A stretch of 64,000 nt of DNA from NCBI GenBank assembly GCA_017395105.1, contig JAFPWD010000002.1:38336-102335 (forward strand). The letters are read 5' to 3'. This DNA is from Clostridia bacterium. GTDB taxonomy: Bacteria > Bacillota > Clostridia > Christensenellales > CAG-138. Positions within the stretch are counted from its first letter, which is position 1. Every line of letters starts with the position of its first letter. This document shows positions 45,279 through 55,075 of the stretch, piece by piece. The notes under the pieces were generated by a model that saw only the letters and a list, made by a program, of their open reading frames with translations, did no database searches and was not told the DNA's origin. The translations under genes were made by a program, and so were the position numbers.

Positions 45279-47717
45279 ATGGGTATTCTATCGGTTCTGT
45301 ATATGCTGGCCTTCGCCGCCTGCGGCATCCTTATCGCAAGGGAGGTTTTTTCGCGCGATGACACGGTGAAAAGGCTGACCTTTGGGCTTGCCATCGGGCT
45401 TTTGATGCTTATTTGGCTGCCCACGCTGTTTGCGTTCGTTATCAGCTTCAATCTTGCATCGCAGCTTCTTGCGCTCGCTGCGGCGATAGCCATAGCGGGC
45501 TTCTTCACGCTTAAATCGCTCAAACGCACGAAAAACGGCGCTTTTATCTATAAGCGCACGGAAAAAGAAAAGCTCCTGCCGATGCTGCTTACGGTGGTGC
45601 CGATAACGCTCATCCTTTTCATTCTTCATTTGAACCACACGATCGTTTCCTCTTCAAACGGCTCTCTGCACGTGGGTCAATGCACCTACGGCGATCTGTG
45701 CATGCATCTTGGCTTCATCTCGTCCATAAGCGTTCAGCAGACCTTCCCGCCCGAGTACTCGCTGCTTCCCGGAACGCCTCTCGGCTATCCCTTCCTTTGC
45801 GACAGCGTAAGCTCAACCTTCTACACCCTCGGCGCTTCGCTGCGACTTTCTGCGCTGCTTCCCGCGCTGTATGCCTGCCTGGTCGTAACGCTGGGCGTAT
45901 ACTGCCTTTTCGACACGTGGTTCAAGCGCAATAAGACCTCGGTGATAGCAACCTATATGTTCTTCATCGGCGGCGGTCTCGGCTTTGCCTACATTTTAAA
46001 CAACAAGCTGCTGCTTGCGGGCGAAGGAGTGGACAGGCTCAAGGACATGATGCAGGGCTTCTATCAGGCTCCCACGAACATTCCCGCTCAGGGACTGCGC
46101 TGGGTGAACGCCATCGCCGATATGCTCGTGCCTCAGCGGGCAACTCTCTTCGGCTGGGCGCTGCTGTTTCCTGCGCTGACGATGCTCTACCGCGCCGCCA
46201 TCGAGAAGGAAAACAGGCTCTTTATCCCGCTCGGCATCTTCGCGGGTGCGATGCCGCTGGTGCATACGCATTCCTTCGTTGCGCTCGGCATCATCTCTGC
46301 TTATCTGTTCGTAACCGCCTGCTTCGAGCGCATAGTCGAGCGCAGGCCGGGCGAAAACAGCCGCTTGCTCGTTAAAATGATGGGCGTTTTCCTCGCCATG
46401 CTGATACTCGGCGCGCTTCGGATGCTCAAGCTTGCGGAGAACCCTGCGGGCGTTGCGGCAACGATAACCGCCGCCGCCGTAATCGCGATCGGCTTCATAG
46501 CGCTTATCATTCTCGCGGTGGAGCTTATCAAGGCAAATAAAAATAAAAAGCCCGCATCGCTTATCGCTCCGCTGATGGCTATGACCGTTGCCGTGAGCGC
46601 GATCTCCGCATTTGCTGCGAATAAGAAGTCCGTGCTGTTCGTTCTTGCGCCCCTTGCGGCGCTTGCCGCCACCTTCGCTCTTGCTTGGATGCAGAAGCCG
46701 CAAAGCGATGCAGTGCCGGATGAGCACACTTTGAAGAGCGGCCGCAGCCATATTCTGTATTTCATCCTCTTCGGCGTTATCGCCGTTGCGCTCGCTTCTC
46801 CGCAGCTCTTCGGCTTCACCTTCAAGCAGTCGGCGGACAGCGCATCCTTCCTGCGCTGGAATTTCAATTGGGACAATGAGAGCGATTCTTGGCTTTGGTT
46901 CTACATCAAAAACCTTGGGCTCATCTTCATCCTGATGCCGATCGCGTTCATCCTTATCAAAAAGGAACATCGCCGCTTCTACGCGGGCTCGCTCGTTATC
47001 TGGGCGATCTGCGAGATGCTGCTTTTCCAGCCGAACCCGTACGACAACAACAAGCTGCTGTTTATATGGTTCGCGCTCACCTGCGGCATCGTTTCGGAGC
47101 TTATCGCATCAAGGCTCGCCGAAAAAGCCTATAAGGAGGGCGCAACGCCCGATGCTTCGGGCAGAAGGATCGTGGACACGCAGCGTACCGCCGCAAGGTA
47201 TCTGCTCTGCGCCTTCGTGCTGACGGCGATCATGCTTTCTGGCGTTATGACGCTCGCAAGGGAATACGTTTCGGGCGACCATTACGACATAAGCGCCGAT
47301 GAAAACGGCAAAAAGCGCCTTACGCTCGTTGAATCGGGCTATGAGGCGGTGCCCGCAGAGCTTGTTTCCGTGACGGAATGGATCAAGGAAAACACCGAGA
47401 AGGATGCCGTGTTCCTAACGCACAACAACCACAACAACGCTGTTGCGATGCTGACCGGCCGCAATATCTTCTGCGGCTCGGGAACCTTCCTGCATTGGCA
47501 CGGCGTGGACTACGGCTCGAGGCAGAAGCTGATCTCCGGAATGTACTCCGACCCCGCGAATAATCTTCTCAGATATGCCGAGGAATACGGCATAGACTAC
47601 GTGCTCGTGAGCCAATATGAGCGCGGGAGCTACACCGTGGATATGAACTGGCTCAACGCAAATCTTCAGAAGGTGTATTCTAATGGGAACGTAATGCTGT
47701 TCAAAATCGGGCGCTGA
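45279..47717 (+). CDS. large polytopic membrane protein, GT-C-fold glycosyltransferase-like (tentative)
   Basis: 812 aa with many TM segments and a soluble C-terminal domain. The overall ArnT/PMT-like layout is the only basis for the call. Confidence 0.35.
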   Translation: MGILSVLYMLAFAACGILIAREVFSRDDTVKRLTFGLAIGLLMLIWLPTLFAFVISFNLASQLLALAAAIAIAGFFTLKSLKRTKNGAFIYKRTEKEKLLPMLLTVVPITLILFILHLNHTIVSSSNGSLHVGQCTYGDLCMHLGFISSISVQQTFPPEYSLLPGTPLGYPFLCDSVSSTFYTLGASLRLSALLPALYACLVVTLGVYCLFDTWFKRNKTSVIATYMFFIGGGLGFAYILNNKLLLAGEGVDRLKDMMQGFYQAPTNIPAQGLRWVNAIADMLVPQRATLFGWALLFPALTMLYRAAIEKENRLFIPLGIFAGAMPLVHTHSFVALGIISAYLFVTACFERIVERRPGENSRLLVKMMGVFLAMLILGALRMLKLAENPAGVAATITAAAVIAIGFIALIILAVELIKANKNKKPASLIAPLMAMTVAVSAISAFAANKKSVLFVLAPLAALAATFALAWMQKPQSDAVPDEHTLKSGRSHILYFILFGVIAVALASPQLFGFTFKQSADSASFLRWNFNWDNESDSWLWFYIKNLGLIFILMPIAFILIKKEHRRFYAGSLVIWAICEMLLFQPNPYDNNKLLFIWFALTCGIVSELIASRLAEKAYKEGATPDASGRRIVDTQRTAARYLLCAFVLTAIMLSGVMTLAREYVSGDHYDISADENGKKRLTLVESGYEAVPAELVSVTEWIKENTEKDAVFLTHNNHNNAVAMLTGRNIFCGSGTFLHWHGVDYGSRQKLISGMYSDPANNLLRYAEEYGIDYVLVSQYERGSYTVDMNWLNANLQKVYSNGNVMLFKIGR

Positions 47718-47791
47718 GCTTGATATTATTTTGAATTCGTGATAAACTAAATTAATACGGTTTTAAAGCCGCGTTTGAAAGGTAGAGCTTT

Positions 47792-48406
47792 ATGAGCGAA
47801 ACTAATACCTCTGCAAAAAAGAAAAAGGCACAGCTCGAGGAGAATCAAAGCCCCGTTGGCGTTGCAAGGCGTTCGCTTTGGTACATCATTCGGTTGCTTC
47901 TCGTTATAACTCTCGTGGTCGCGCTTTGCTATTTTGCGCTTGTGCAGGCGATGTATATGAGCAATATCTATATCATCGTTACCGAGGGCCTTGAGCGCCG
48001 CGCCGACTGCATACTCGGAAACAGGTCGTCCGCAGAGCTGACCGAGTATTTCACAAAGGACTGGATAATCCGCGATGAAGCCATAGATAGCGGCAAATAT
48101 GATGCCTTCCGAGTTGATTCCAACGACTACCGCCTAACCATCGAAAAGATGAGCGTTTCCCCCTGGTCGAAGGAGGCCTCGATCCGCGTGCTCGAGCAGG
48201 TGGTGAATATCCAGGCCACGCCGTACAACGATTCCAATAAGGATCCCCTGCCCAAGTGGGAGGATTCCAGAATGGATATCCGCCTTGAAAAGATCGACGG
48301 CCGCTGGTACATTTCGGTTATCTCGCTGCTGCAGGCGAACCCCGAGATAGAGCCGGGCGCAACGCCGGACTATTCGCAGCTTGAAACGGATATTCCGCAT
48401 TATTGA
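47792..48406 (+). CDS. membrane-anchored hypothetical protein
   Basis: 204 aa with a basic N-terminus and a single TM (LWYIIRLLLVITLVVALCYFALV). Confidence 0.5.
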   Translation: MSETNTSAKKKKAQLEENQSPVGVARRSLWYIIRLLLVITLVVALCYFALVQAMYMSNIYIIVTEGLERRADCILGNRSSAELTEYFTKDWIIRDEAIDSGKYDAFRVDSNDYRLTIEKMSVSPWSKEASIRVLEQVVNIQATPYNDSNKDPLPKWEDSRMDIRLEKIDGRWYISVISLLQANPEIEPGATPDYSQLETDIPHY

Positions 48407-48453
48407 TGATGAGCGGCTTTAAAGCGTAGTAAGCCGCATATAAGAGGCGTTGT

Positions 48454-49290
48454 ATGAAATATCATATTGTTGCAGATTCAAGCTGCGATTTATTCACCCT
48501 GCCGGAGTGCCCGCCGGATGCCGATTTTTCGACCGTGCCGTTTTCAATAACCATTGGTGAGAAAACCTTTATTGACGATGAAACAATGTCGGTGTCCATG
48601 CTGCTTGATGCAAACGAGCAGCGCGGCGTGTCTGCGCATACGGCTTGTCCCTCGGCCCATGATTGGGTGGAGCGGTTCTCCGTGCCCGGTCCCGTGATCG
48701 CATTCACGATATCGAGCGAGCTTTCGGGCAGCTATAACAGCGCCTGCGCTGCGAAGCAGATGATACTTGAAAAGGAACCCGAAAAGCAGATCGCCATTAT
48801 AGACACAAAGGCGACGGGACCTGAAACCGTTTTGCTGATGCGCAAGGTTTGCAGTTTTATACGCGAGGGGCTTTCGGTAAAGAGCATCGAAAAAAAGCTC
48901 GTTGAAGCGGCGGAAAAAACGCATATCCTGTTTGCGCTTGCCTCCTATTGCAATCTTGTTCGTGCAGGCCGAGTGAGCCGATTTGTCGGGTTGATAGCAA
49001 GCGGCTTGCATCTTTGGGGCATAGGCATGGGCAGCGATGAAGGCAAAATCGAAATGTGCTGCAAAACACGCGGCAGTCAGGGAATGATCCGCTCCATGGC
49101 CGAAGAAATAAAACGGATAGGCCTGAGTGGCAAGGAAGTCGTGATCTCCCATTGCCAAAATCTTGAAGCCGCGATCGGATTGAAGGAAAAGCTTTGTGAG
49201 ATGGTGCATGACCTCAAGGTGGATATCATTCCGACACGGGGACTCGACAGCTTCTACGCCGAAAGAAACGGCTTGATCGTCGGCTTTTGA
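48454..49290 (+). CDS. DegV-family fatty-acid-binding protein
   Basis: MKYHIVADSSCDL... and ISSELSGSYNSA motifs. Confidence 0.85.
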   Translation: MKYHIVADSSCDLFTLPECPPDADFSTVPFSITIGEKTFIDDETMSVSMLLDANEQRGVSAHTACPSAHDWVERFSVPGPVIAFTISSELSGSYNSACAAKQMILEKEPEKQIAIIDTKATGPETVLLMRKVCSFIREGLSVKSIEKKLVEAAEKTHILFALASYCNLVRAGRVSRFVGLIASGLHLWGIGMGSDEGKIEMCCKTRGSQGMIRSMAEEIKRIGLSGKEVVISHCQNLEAAIGLKEKLCEMVHDLKVDIIPTRGLDSFYAERNGLIVGF

Positions 49291-49326
49291 CGGCTGCTGT
49301 AAACGGAATACAAGGAACAATATAAG

Positions 49327-49356
49327 TAAAAAGCAGAGCCCGCGGGTTCTGCTTTT
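49327..49356. terminator. bidirectional terminator
   Basis: gcagagccc/gggttctgc stem flanked by AAAAA and TTTT, between convergent genes. Confidence 0.65.
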
Positions 49357-49397
49357 AAGTTTGCGTTTATTAAAGGATTGCCGCGCATCGGGCGGTC

Positions 49398-49781
49398 TCA
49401 GATCTCGCGTTTATAAAAATACGGGCCGCAGAGATCGCCTTCGTGCGTTTTGATGTAGGTCCAGCTCTCATCGGCCGAGAGCGCGTAACATTCGATAAGT
49501 TCGTCAAGCTCCGCGGCGGAAGGGGAATCGTAGCTCGGTTCGTGCTCCCCGTTTTCGGGAAAGGGCTCGTAATAACGCGCACCGCTTTTATCGGCTCTGT
49601 CGAACGCTTCCTGCGCCGCATCACCTACAAGGTACGAGCCTTTGGGCTTGAGCTCCCAGGAAAAAACGTGCCAAATATAGTTACCGTACGATACGACGTA
49701 TTTTTCGATATCCTTTTCCGATATTTCGGAAGCAAAAAGCTTCAGCCAACGCTTCTCAAAATCGCTCAGCTTTCTGCGCAT
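49398..49781 (-). CDS. DUF4275-family protein
   Basis: YIWHVFSWE and WTYIKTHEGDLCGPYFY signatures. Confidence 0.65.
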   Translation of the reverse strand: MRRKLSDFEKRWLKLFASEISEKDIEKYVVSYGNYIWHVFSWELKPKGSYLVGDAAQEAFDRADKSGARYYEPFPENGEHEPSYDSPSAAELDELIECYALSADESWTYIKTHEGDLCGPYFYKREI

Positions 49782-49818
49782 ATAATTCTCCTTGATATTA
49801 AAAGCAACCTGCCGCGCC

Positions 49819-50322
49819 TCAAAGAGTTATTATCTTCGCGCGCAGCTTGCCGCCGTCTATCTCAAGCACGGCGCAGGCGGGCTTTGCTCCCGCGCGGGGT
49901 CTTGCGGGGCTGCCCGGGTTCAGAACTATTATCCCGTCGCGCTGAACGAGCTGCGGGATATGCGTATGCCCGTAGATGAGCGCGCCGCAGCCAAGCTCTA
50001 TCGCACGCTGCCTTGCGGCGTAGGTGGTGTACATATCGATCTCGTGCCTATGCCCGTGAACCAGCAAAAGCCTTGCGCCCTCGATCTCGAGCACGCGCTC
50101 CACGGGCTGATCCTTTTCAGAGAAGGAGAGCGTGTCGCAATTGCCGCGCACGGCATGAACGGGCTTGCCCGTTTCCTTTGCAATGCGCTCCGCATCGGAA
50201 ACAACGTCCCCAAGGTGCAGATATCCGTCCACCTCGCCGATGGCACGCAGCGCGGCATCGATGGCGGGGGAAACGCCGTGTGTATCGCTTATAACGCCGA
50301 ATCTGAGCATATTATTTCGCAT
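49819..50322 (-). CDS. yfcE: YfcE-type metallophosphoesterase
   Basis: ISDTHG, HLGD, VRGNCD, LLVHGH and YGHTH motifs. Confidence 0.85.
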   Translation of the reverse strand: MRNNMLRFGVISDTHGVSPAIDAALRAIGEVDGYLHLGDVVSDAERIAKETGKPVHAVRGNCDTLSFSEKDQPVERVLEIEGARLLLVHGHRHEIDMYTTYAARQRAIELGCGALIYGHTHIPQLVQRDGIIVLNPGSPARPRAGAKPACAVLEIDGGKLRAKIITL

Positions 50323-50902
50323 TCAGCGCAGCAAGCAGCATCATAAGCGCGTTGCTCCTGTGGCTGACCGCGTTCTTCTTTTCGGAATCTATCTCGGCAA
50401 AGCTCTGCTCAAAGGGCGGATAATAGAATAAGGAATCGTAGCCGAAGCCGTTTTCACCGCGCTCCTTGAAAAGAATGCTGCCATGCACCCTTCCGACCGC
50501 CTCGACAATGCTCTTATTGCCTTGAGCGAGCACCATGGCGCAGGCAAAATATGCGCCGCGCTCCTCCGCGGGAACGCCTGAAAGCTCCTCAAGCAGCTTT
50601 TTGCGGTTCATGGCATCGTCGTGCCCTTCGCCAGCGTATCTTGCGGAGTATACGCCCGGAGCACCGCCGAGCGCATCCACGCACAGCCCGGAATCATCGG
50701 CAAGCACCGCATCGCCGGGAAGCAGCGCAGCAGCTTCAAGCGCCTTCTTGCGAGCGTTTCCGAGGAAACTGTCTGCGTCCTCAACGGTGTTGAGCTCGAT
50801 GCCCGCTTCGCGCAGGGAGAGGATCTCGCTGAATCGTTCGCCGAGTATCTGCCTGATCTCGTCGATCTTGTTTTTGTTGTTGGATGCAATAATAAGTCTC
50901 AT
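50312..50902 (-). CDS. rdgB: non-canonical purine NTP pyrophosphatase (RdgB/HAM1)
   Basis: IIASNNKNKIDEI, FGYDSLF and SHRSNAL motifs. Confidence 0.9.
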   Translation of the reverse strand: MRLIIASNNKNKIDEIRQILGERFSEILSLREAGIELNTVEDADSFLGNARKKALEAAALLPGDAVLADDSGLCVDALGGAPGVYSARYAGEGHDDAMNRKKLLEELSGVPAEERGAYFACAMVLAQGNKSIVEAVGRVHGSILFKERGENGFGYDSLFYYPPFEQSFAEIDSEKKNAVSHRSNALMMLLAALNAK

Positions 50903-50954
50903 TCTTTATCTCCTAAACGCTCAAAAACCGAGCGATGTAATTTGTGGATGGATG

Positions 50955-51839
50955 TTAAAGCTCGCCGCGGATCGCCGCATCGAGATACCCGTCCAGCCCG
51001 TCGCGCAGGCTCGAGGTGACGGAGTCGAGCATAAGCACGTCCATAGCCCGCGCAAGCAGCGCCGCGCCGTAGAGGATAACGTCGTGTCTGACGGCCAGAA
51101 TGCCGACGGCGGCTCGCCCGCTGCCGAGTCGGTCGAGCGCAAATATTAGCGATTCGAGCCTATCCCTTGTAAGCACTGCGCCTTCGCCGACCTTCTTGCT
51201 TGCGGCATTGGGATCGACCGAGAGCGCACAAAGGGTGGTGATGGTGCCGCCAACGCCCGTGCACGGGGCGAAGCGGGCGCACTTGATTTTGTCAAGATGG
51301 GGCTCGAGAAGCCCGTCGAGATAACCCGCAAGCGCGGTGCGCTGAACGGAATAATTGCCCGCATCCGTTTCGTTTTTAACGAGCTCGAGAGCAATATCCT
51401 TTCCGCGAACGCAGCCCACGGGAAAGCTCTTTTTAAAGCTGTCCGAAACAAGCTGCATCGAAGCGCCGCCGATATCCATAAGCCCGCCCTTTCCGCTGCA
51501 AGCGCCGAGATGCGCATAAAGCGCCTCCCTTTCGCCGCTCAAAACGTCTATATCGATGCCCGTATAAAGCTTGGTCAGCTCCAAAAACTCGTCCCTGTTT
51601 TCGGCATCGCGAACGGCGCTGGTGGCGTACGCAAGCGGAATAAGCCCGCGCTTCTTCGCTTCGCGCACATAGGAAGCGATGGCGGATAAGCTGTGCTTTG
51701 CCCGCGCGGTATCAAGCTTGCCTGTATGCGCAAGATTCGTTCCAAGGCGGGTCGTAGCGCTGTATTTCCTTTCATCGCCCTGAAAAAGTGCGCGGATAGA
51801 ATTGGAGCCTATATCGATAACTGCGTATTTATTGCTCAT
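50955..51839 (-). CDS. Ppx/GppA-family phosphatase
   Basis: YAVIDIGSNSIRAL N-terminal motif and MDIGGASMQL. Confidence 0.8.
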   Translation of the reverse strand: MSNKYAVIDIGSNSIRALFQGDERKYSATTRLGTNLAHTGKLDTARAKHSLSAIASYVREAKKRGLIPLAYATSAVRDAENRDEFLELTKLYTGIDIDVLSGEREALYAHLGACSGKGGLMDIGGASMQLVSDSFKKSFPVGCVRGKDIALELVKNETDAGNYSVQRTALAGYLDGLLEPHLDKIKCARFAPCTGVGGTITTLCALSVDPNAASKKVGEGAVLTRDRLESLIFALDRLGSGRAAVGILAVRHDVILYGAALLARAMDVLMLDSVTSSLRDGLDGYLDAAIRGEL

Positions 51840-51873
51840 TTAAACAGCACCTTTCGCTCTGCGGCAGTATGGA

Positions 51874-52248
51874 TCAATTCTCGGAGGGGACGGGGGTGGG
51901 GATGACCGCTTCCGGGTCCGCAAGATCGAGCCTGATATCGCCCTTGAGGATATAGCCCTGCGTTTCCCTGAGGTAGCGGACAAGAAACTCCCTGCTCTCG
52001 CTGAGAGAGGAGAGCTCCTGCAAAAATTCTTTTTGAAGCGTCAGCTCGTCGAGCTCCTGCTTCTTGAGAGCGCGCTCCTCTTCAAGCTGCCTCTGCCTGC
52101 GGCTCAGCCCCGGTATGACGAGCGAGAAGGCGATGAATGCAACGATGAGCACGATCGAGGTGCCTATGAGCGCGACGGCGGCGAAGGACAGCTTTCCGTC
52201 CTTATCGCGCAGAGCGGATGCTGCGGTTTTCAGCAGGGGCTTTTTCAT
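51874..52248 (-). CDS. septum-formation-initiator (FtsB/DivIC)-like protein
   Basis: AAGGAG RBS before ATG 52248, a single TM and then a coiled coil (RRQRQLEEERALKKQELDELTLQKEFLQEL). Confidence 0.45.
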   Translation of the reverse strand: MKKPLLKTAASALRDKDGKLSFAAVALIGTSIVLIVAFIAFSLVIPGLSRRQRQLEEERALKKQELDELTLQKEFLQELSSLSESREFLVRYLRETQGYILKGDIRLDLADPEAVIPTPVPSEN

Positions 52249-52478
52249 AACTGTCTCCTTTACGGCAAATAACATGCCTATAATATTATGCCGCAAAATG
52301 AAGCCGTTTTCAAGCCCCTTTGATGAAAAAACGGCAAATAATAATGGTTTTGCGCTGCCTATTTTAGTGCCGACGGGATGTTGGAGCGGATTTTATACTT
52401 CCATTTCAGAGCGGTTTGTGCTATAATTTATACGTTGCACATCAGGAGTGCAAACGAAATTTACGGAGGATATCAAAA

Positions 52479-53702
52479 ATGAAAAAGCTTCTGGCAATCG
52501 TTCTTGCCGCGCTGATGCTCGTTCCCGTTCTGGCAGCTTGCCAGCCGGCTAACAACAATGGCGACAACAGCGGCAAAATCGACGATGGCGGCAAAACCGA
52601 CGGTACCTACAAAGTCGCGATGATCACCGACTACGGCGATATCACCGACGAGTCCTTCAACCAGACCACTTACGAGGCTTGCAAGGAGTACTGCGAAGCC
52701 AACAAGATCAGCTTCAAGTACTACAAGCCCGCAGGCGACTCCACCCCCGAGCGTGTTGACAAGGTCGAAGAGGCCATCGACGCCGGTTACAACGTGATCG
52801 TTATGCCCGGCTTCGCTTTCGCCGAAACCGTATACGCGGTTCAGGACAAGGAAGAGTATAAGGACGTTAAGTTCATCGCTCTCGACGTTTCCAAAGACGA
52901 CGTATTCAGCAAGTTCTACACCGAGGGCGATATGGAAAAGCCCCTCATCGACGAGAACAACAAGCCCCACGTTGGCAAGAACGTCTACTGCGCGGTCTAC
53001 AAGGAAGAGCTCTGCGGCTACATGGCGGGCTACGCTGCCGTTAAGCTCGGCTACAAGCACCTCGGCTTCCTCGGCGGTATGGCTGTTCCCGCGGTTATCC
53101 GCTATGGCTACGGCTTCGTTCAGGGCTGCGATGCGGCTGCTGCCGAGATGGGCATTGCCGATCAGGTTTCCGTTGAATACGTATACGGCAACAAGTTCGC
53201 AGGCGATCCCGCTATCGCGGCTTATATGGACATCTGGTATCAGACCAAGGGCGTTGAAGTAGTCTTCGCTTGCGGCGGCGGCATCTACACCTCCGCTGTT
53301 GAGGCTGCTAAGAAGGCAAACGGCAAGGTCATCGGCGTTGACGTTGACCAGGCTGCTATCATCAAGACTCTCTCCAAAGTTGACGGCATGACCGTTACCT
53401 CCGCTATGAAGGGCCTTGGTGCGACCGTTAAGAACGTTCTTAACGAGACCATCAAGAACGACAAGTGGGCAAGCTTCGGCGGCAATGTTGAGGAACTCGG
53501 CCTCGTTTCCGGCACCGATCCCGAGCTGAACTACGTTCAGATCCCGATGAAGTCCACCCAGTGGAAGGACGGCGCGTTCACCATTGAGAACTACAAGGAG
53601 CTTGTAAGCAAGATGTTCAAGGGCGAGATCAAGGTCTCCAGCGAGATCGGCGATATGCCCGGCACCACGATCACCGTAAATAAGTACGACGACATTCTCT
53701 AA
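52479..53702 (+). CDS. BMP-family (PnrA/Med-like) nucleoside-binding lipoprotein
   Basis: MKKLLAIVLAALMLVPVLAAC lipobox and YKVAMITDYGDITDESFNQ pattern. GGAGGA RBS. Confidence 0.85.
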   Translation: MKKLLAIVLAALMLVPVLAACQPANNNGDNSGKIDDGGKTDGTYKVAMITDYGDITDESFNQTTYEACKEYCEANKISFKYYKPAGDSTPERVDKVEEAIDAGYNVIVMPGFAFAETVYAVQDKEEYKDVKFIALDVSKDDVFSKFYTEGDMEKPLIDENNKPHVGKNVYCAVYKEELCGYMAGYAAVKLGYKHLGFLGGMAVPAVIRYGYGFVQGCDAAAAEMGIADQVSVEYVYGNKFAGDPAIAAYMDIWYQTKGVEVVFACGGGIYTSAVEAAKKANGKVIGVDVDQAAIIKTLSKVDGMTVTSAMKGLGATVKNVLNETIKNDKWASFGGNVEELGLVSGTDPELNYVQIPMKSTQWKDGAFTIENYKELVSKMFKGEIKVSSEIGDMPGTTITVNKYDDIL

Positions 53703-53716
53703 TCGAATAGCTTTAA

Positions 53717-53741
53717 GGGACGGGCGAGCCCGTCCCTTTTT
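53717..53741 (+). terminator. Rho-independent terminator
   Basis: gggacggg/cccgtccc stem followed by TTTTT. Confidence 0.85.
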
Positions 53742-53828
53742 GCATTCAAAACCTACGCTTGCTGCAAGGCCGCCCCGATAGACGGAGCGGCCGTTTTGCT
53801 TATAAATTCAGTTGATGAAGCATCGGGC

Positions 53829-54905
53829 TTATTCGCCGTAGACCCTTGCCTCCTCCTCGCCGCAGAGCACGCGGATAGCGCCGCCAACCAGCGCCTCAAG
53901 CTCGCTCTCACCGGGGTAGACCACGACGGGGGCGATGAAGCCGACCATCTCCTTGATGTATTCGCAGAGGGGCTTGGAGTACGCAAGTCCGCCGGTGAGG
54001 ATTATCGCCTCGGCGGTGCCCTTGAGCACGGTCGCCATCTCGCCGATGGTTTTTGCAACGTTATAGCCGAGAGCATCGAAGATCGCCTTCGCCTTCTCAT
54101 CGCCCGCGAGCATCGCATTTTCAACGTCCAGAGCGGAGTTGGTGTTCATGTGGGCAACGAAGCCGCCCGCCTTGGAGCAGAAGCCGTAGAGCTGCTCCTT
54201 GGTGTATTCGCCGCTGTAGCACATATCAAGAACCAGCTTCATCGGAATGCTGCCGGTGCGCTCGGGGCTGAAGGGACCCTCGCCCGCGATGCCGTCGTTT
54301 ACGTCGATAACAACGCCCTTTTCGTGCGCTCCAACGGTGATGCCGCCGCCCATGTGCGCCACGATCAGGTTCACCTCGTTATACTTCTTGCCGTGCTCCT
54401 TGCAGTATGCGCGTGCGCTTGCCTTCTGATTGAGGCAATGGAAAACGCAGGTGCGCTCCACCTGGGGAAGTCCCGTGATCTTCGCGATATCGTTGCGCTC
54501 GTCCACAACAACGGGATCGGCGATGAAGCAGGGCTTGTTGAACTCATCGCCGAGCTGACGGGCGAAGATGCCGCCGAGCGCGGAGGCGTGGCGCTGCGCA
54601 CTGGGAAGATTCTTGAGATCGTCCAAGAGCTTGTCGTTCACGGTGTAAACGCCGCTCCTCATCGGGCGAACGATGCCGCCGCGGCCGATAAACGCATCCA
54701 CGGTGGCAAGATCCACATCGTGCTCTTTAAGCAGATTCTTTATAAGCTCCATGCGCATGGGAGCCTGCTCGATGATCGAGCCGCACTTTGCAAGCTCCTC
54801 GGCGGTGTGGCGAACAACGCCCTCAAAGACCTTTTTTTCGCCGTCGTAAACGCCCACCTTGGTGGAGGTGGAGCCCGGATTGATAGCAAGAATACGGTAT
54901 GCCAT
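53829..54905 (-). CDS. buk: butyrate kinase
   Basis: MAYRILAINPGSTSTKVGVY from ATG 54905 (AAGGAG RBS). The longer ORF-track extension upstream has no support. Confidence 0.85.
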   Translation of the reverse strand: MAYRILAINPGSTSTKVGVYDGEKKVFEGVVRHTAEELAKCGSIIEQAPMRMELIKNLLKEHDVDLATVDAFIGRGGIVRPMRSGVYTVNDKLLDDLKNLPSAQRHASALGGIFARQLGDEFNKPCFIADPVVVDERNDIAKITGLPQVERTCVFHCLNQKASARAYCKEHGKKYNEVNLIVAHMGGGITVGAHEKGVVIDVNDGIAGEGPFSPERTGSIPMKLVLDMCYSGEYTKEQLYGFCSKAGGFVAHMNTNSALDVENAMLAGDEKAKAIFDALGYNVAKTIGEMATVLKGTAEAIILTGGLAYSKPLCEYIKEMVGFIAPVVVYPGESELEALVGGAIRVLCGEEEARVYGE

Positions 54906-55075
54906 GATAGTTCTCCTTCTGTTGTTAAACTTGTTTTTTGTTATTCTTTGCGGCAAAAAAGCCGCTTGGCTTACTTTCATTATTATAATGTATTGCCCAA
55001 TGGAGTTCAAGTATATTTGAAAACGGCCGCACCTTTCGGAACGGCCGTTTGGAATGACGTGAGCTTGTATCGCTC

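Noticed and set aside
52297-52478. Riboswitch (purine/nucleoside type) upstream of the BMP-family binding-protein gene
   Set aside because: After the likely TGCTATAAT -10 (~52420) only ~50 nt and a single short hairpin (ttgcac/gtgcaa) remain. This is too short, and no conserved riboswitch core was recognised.
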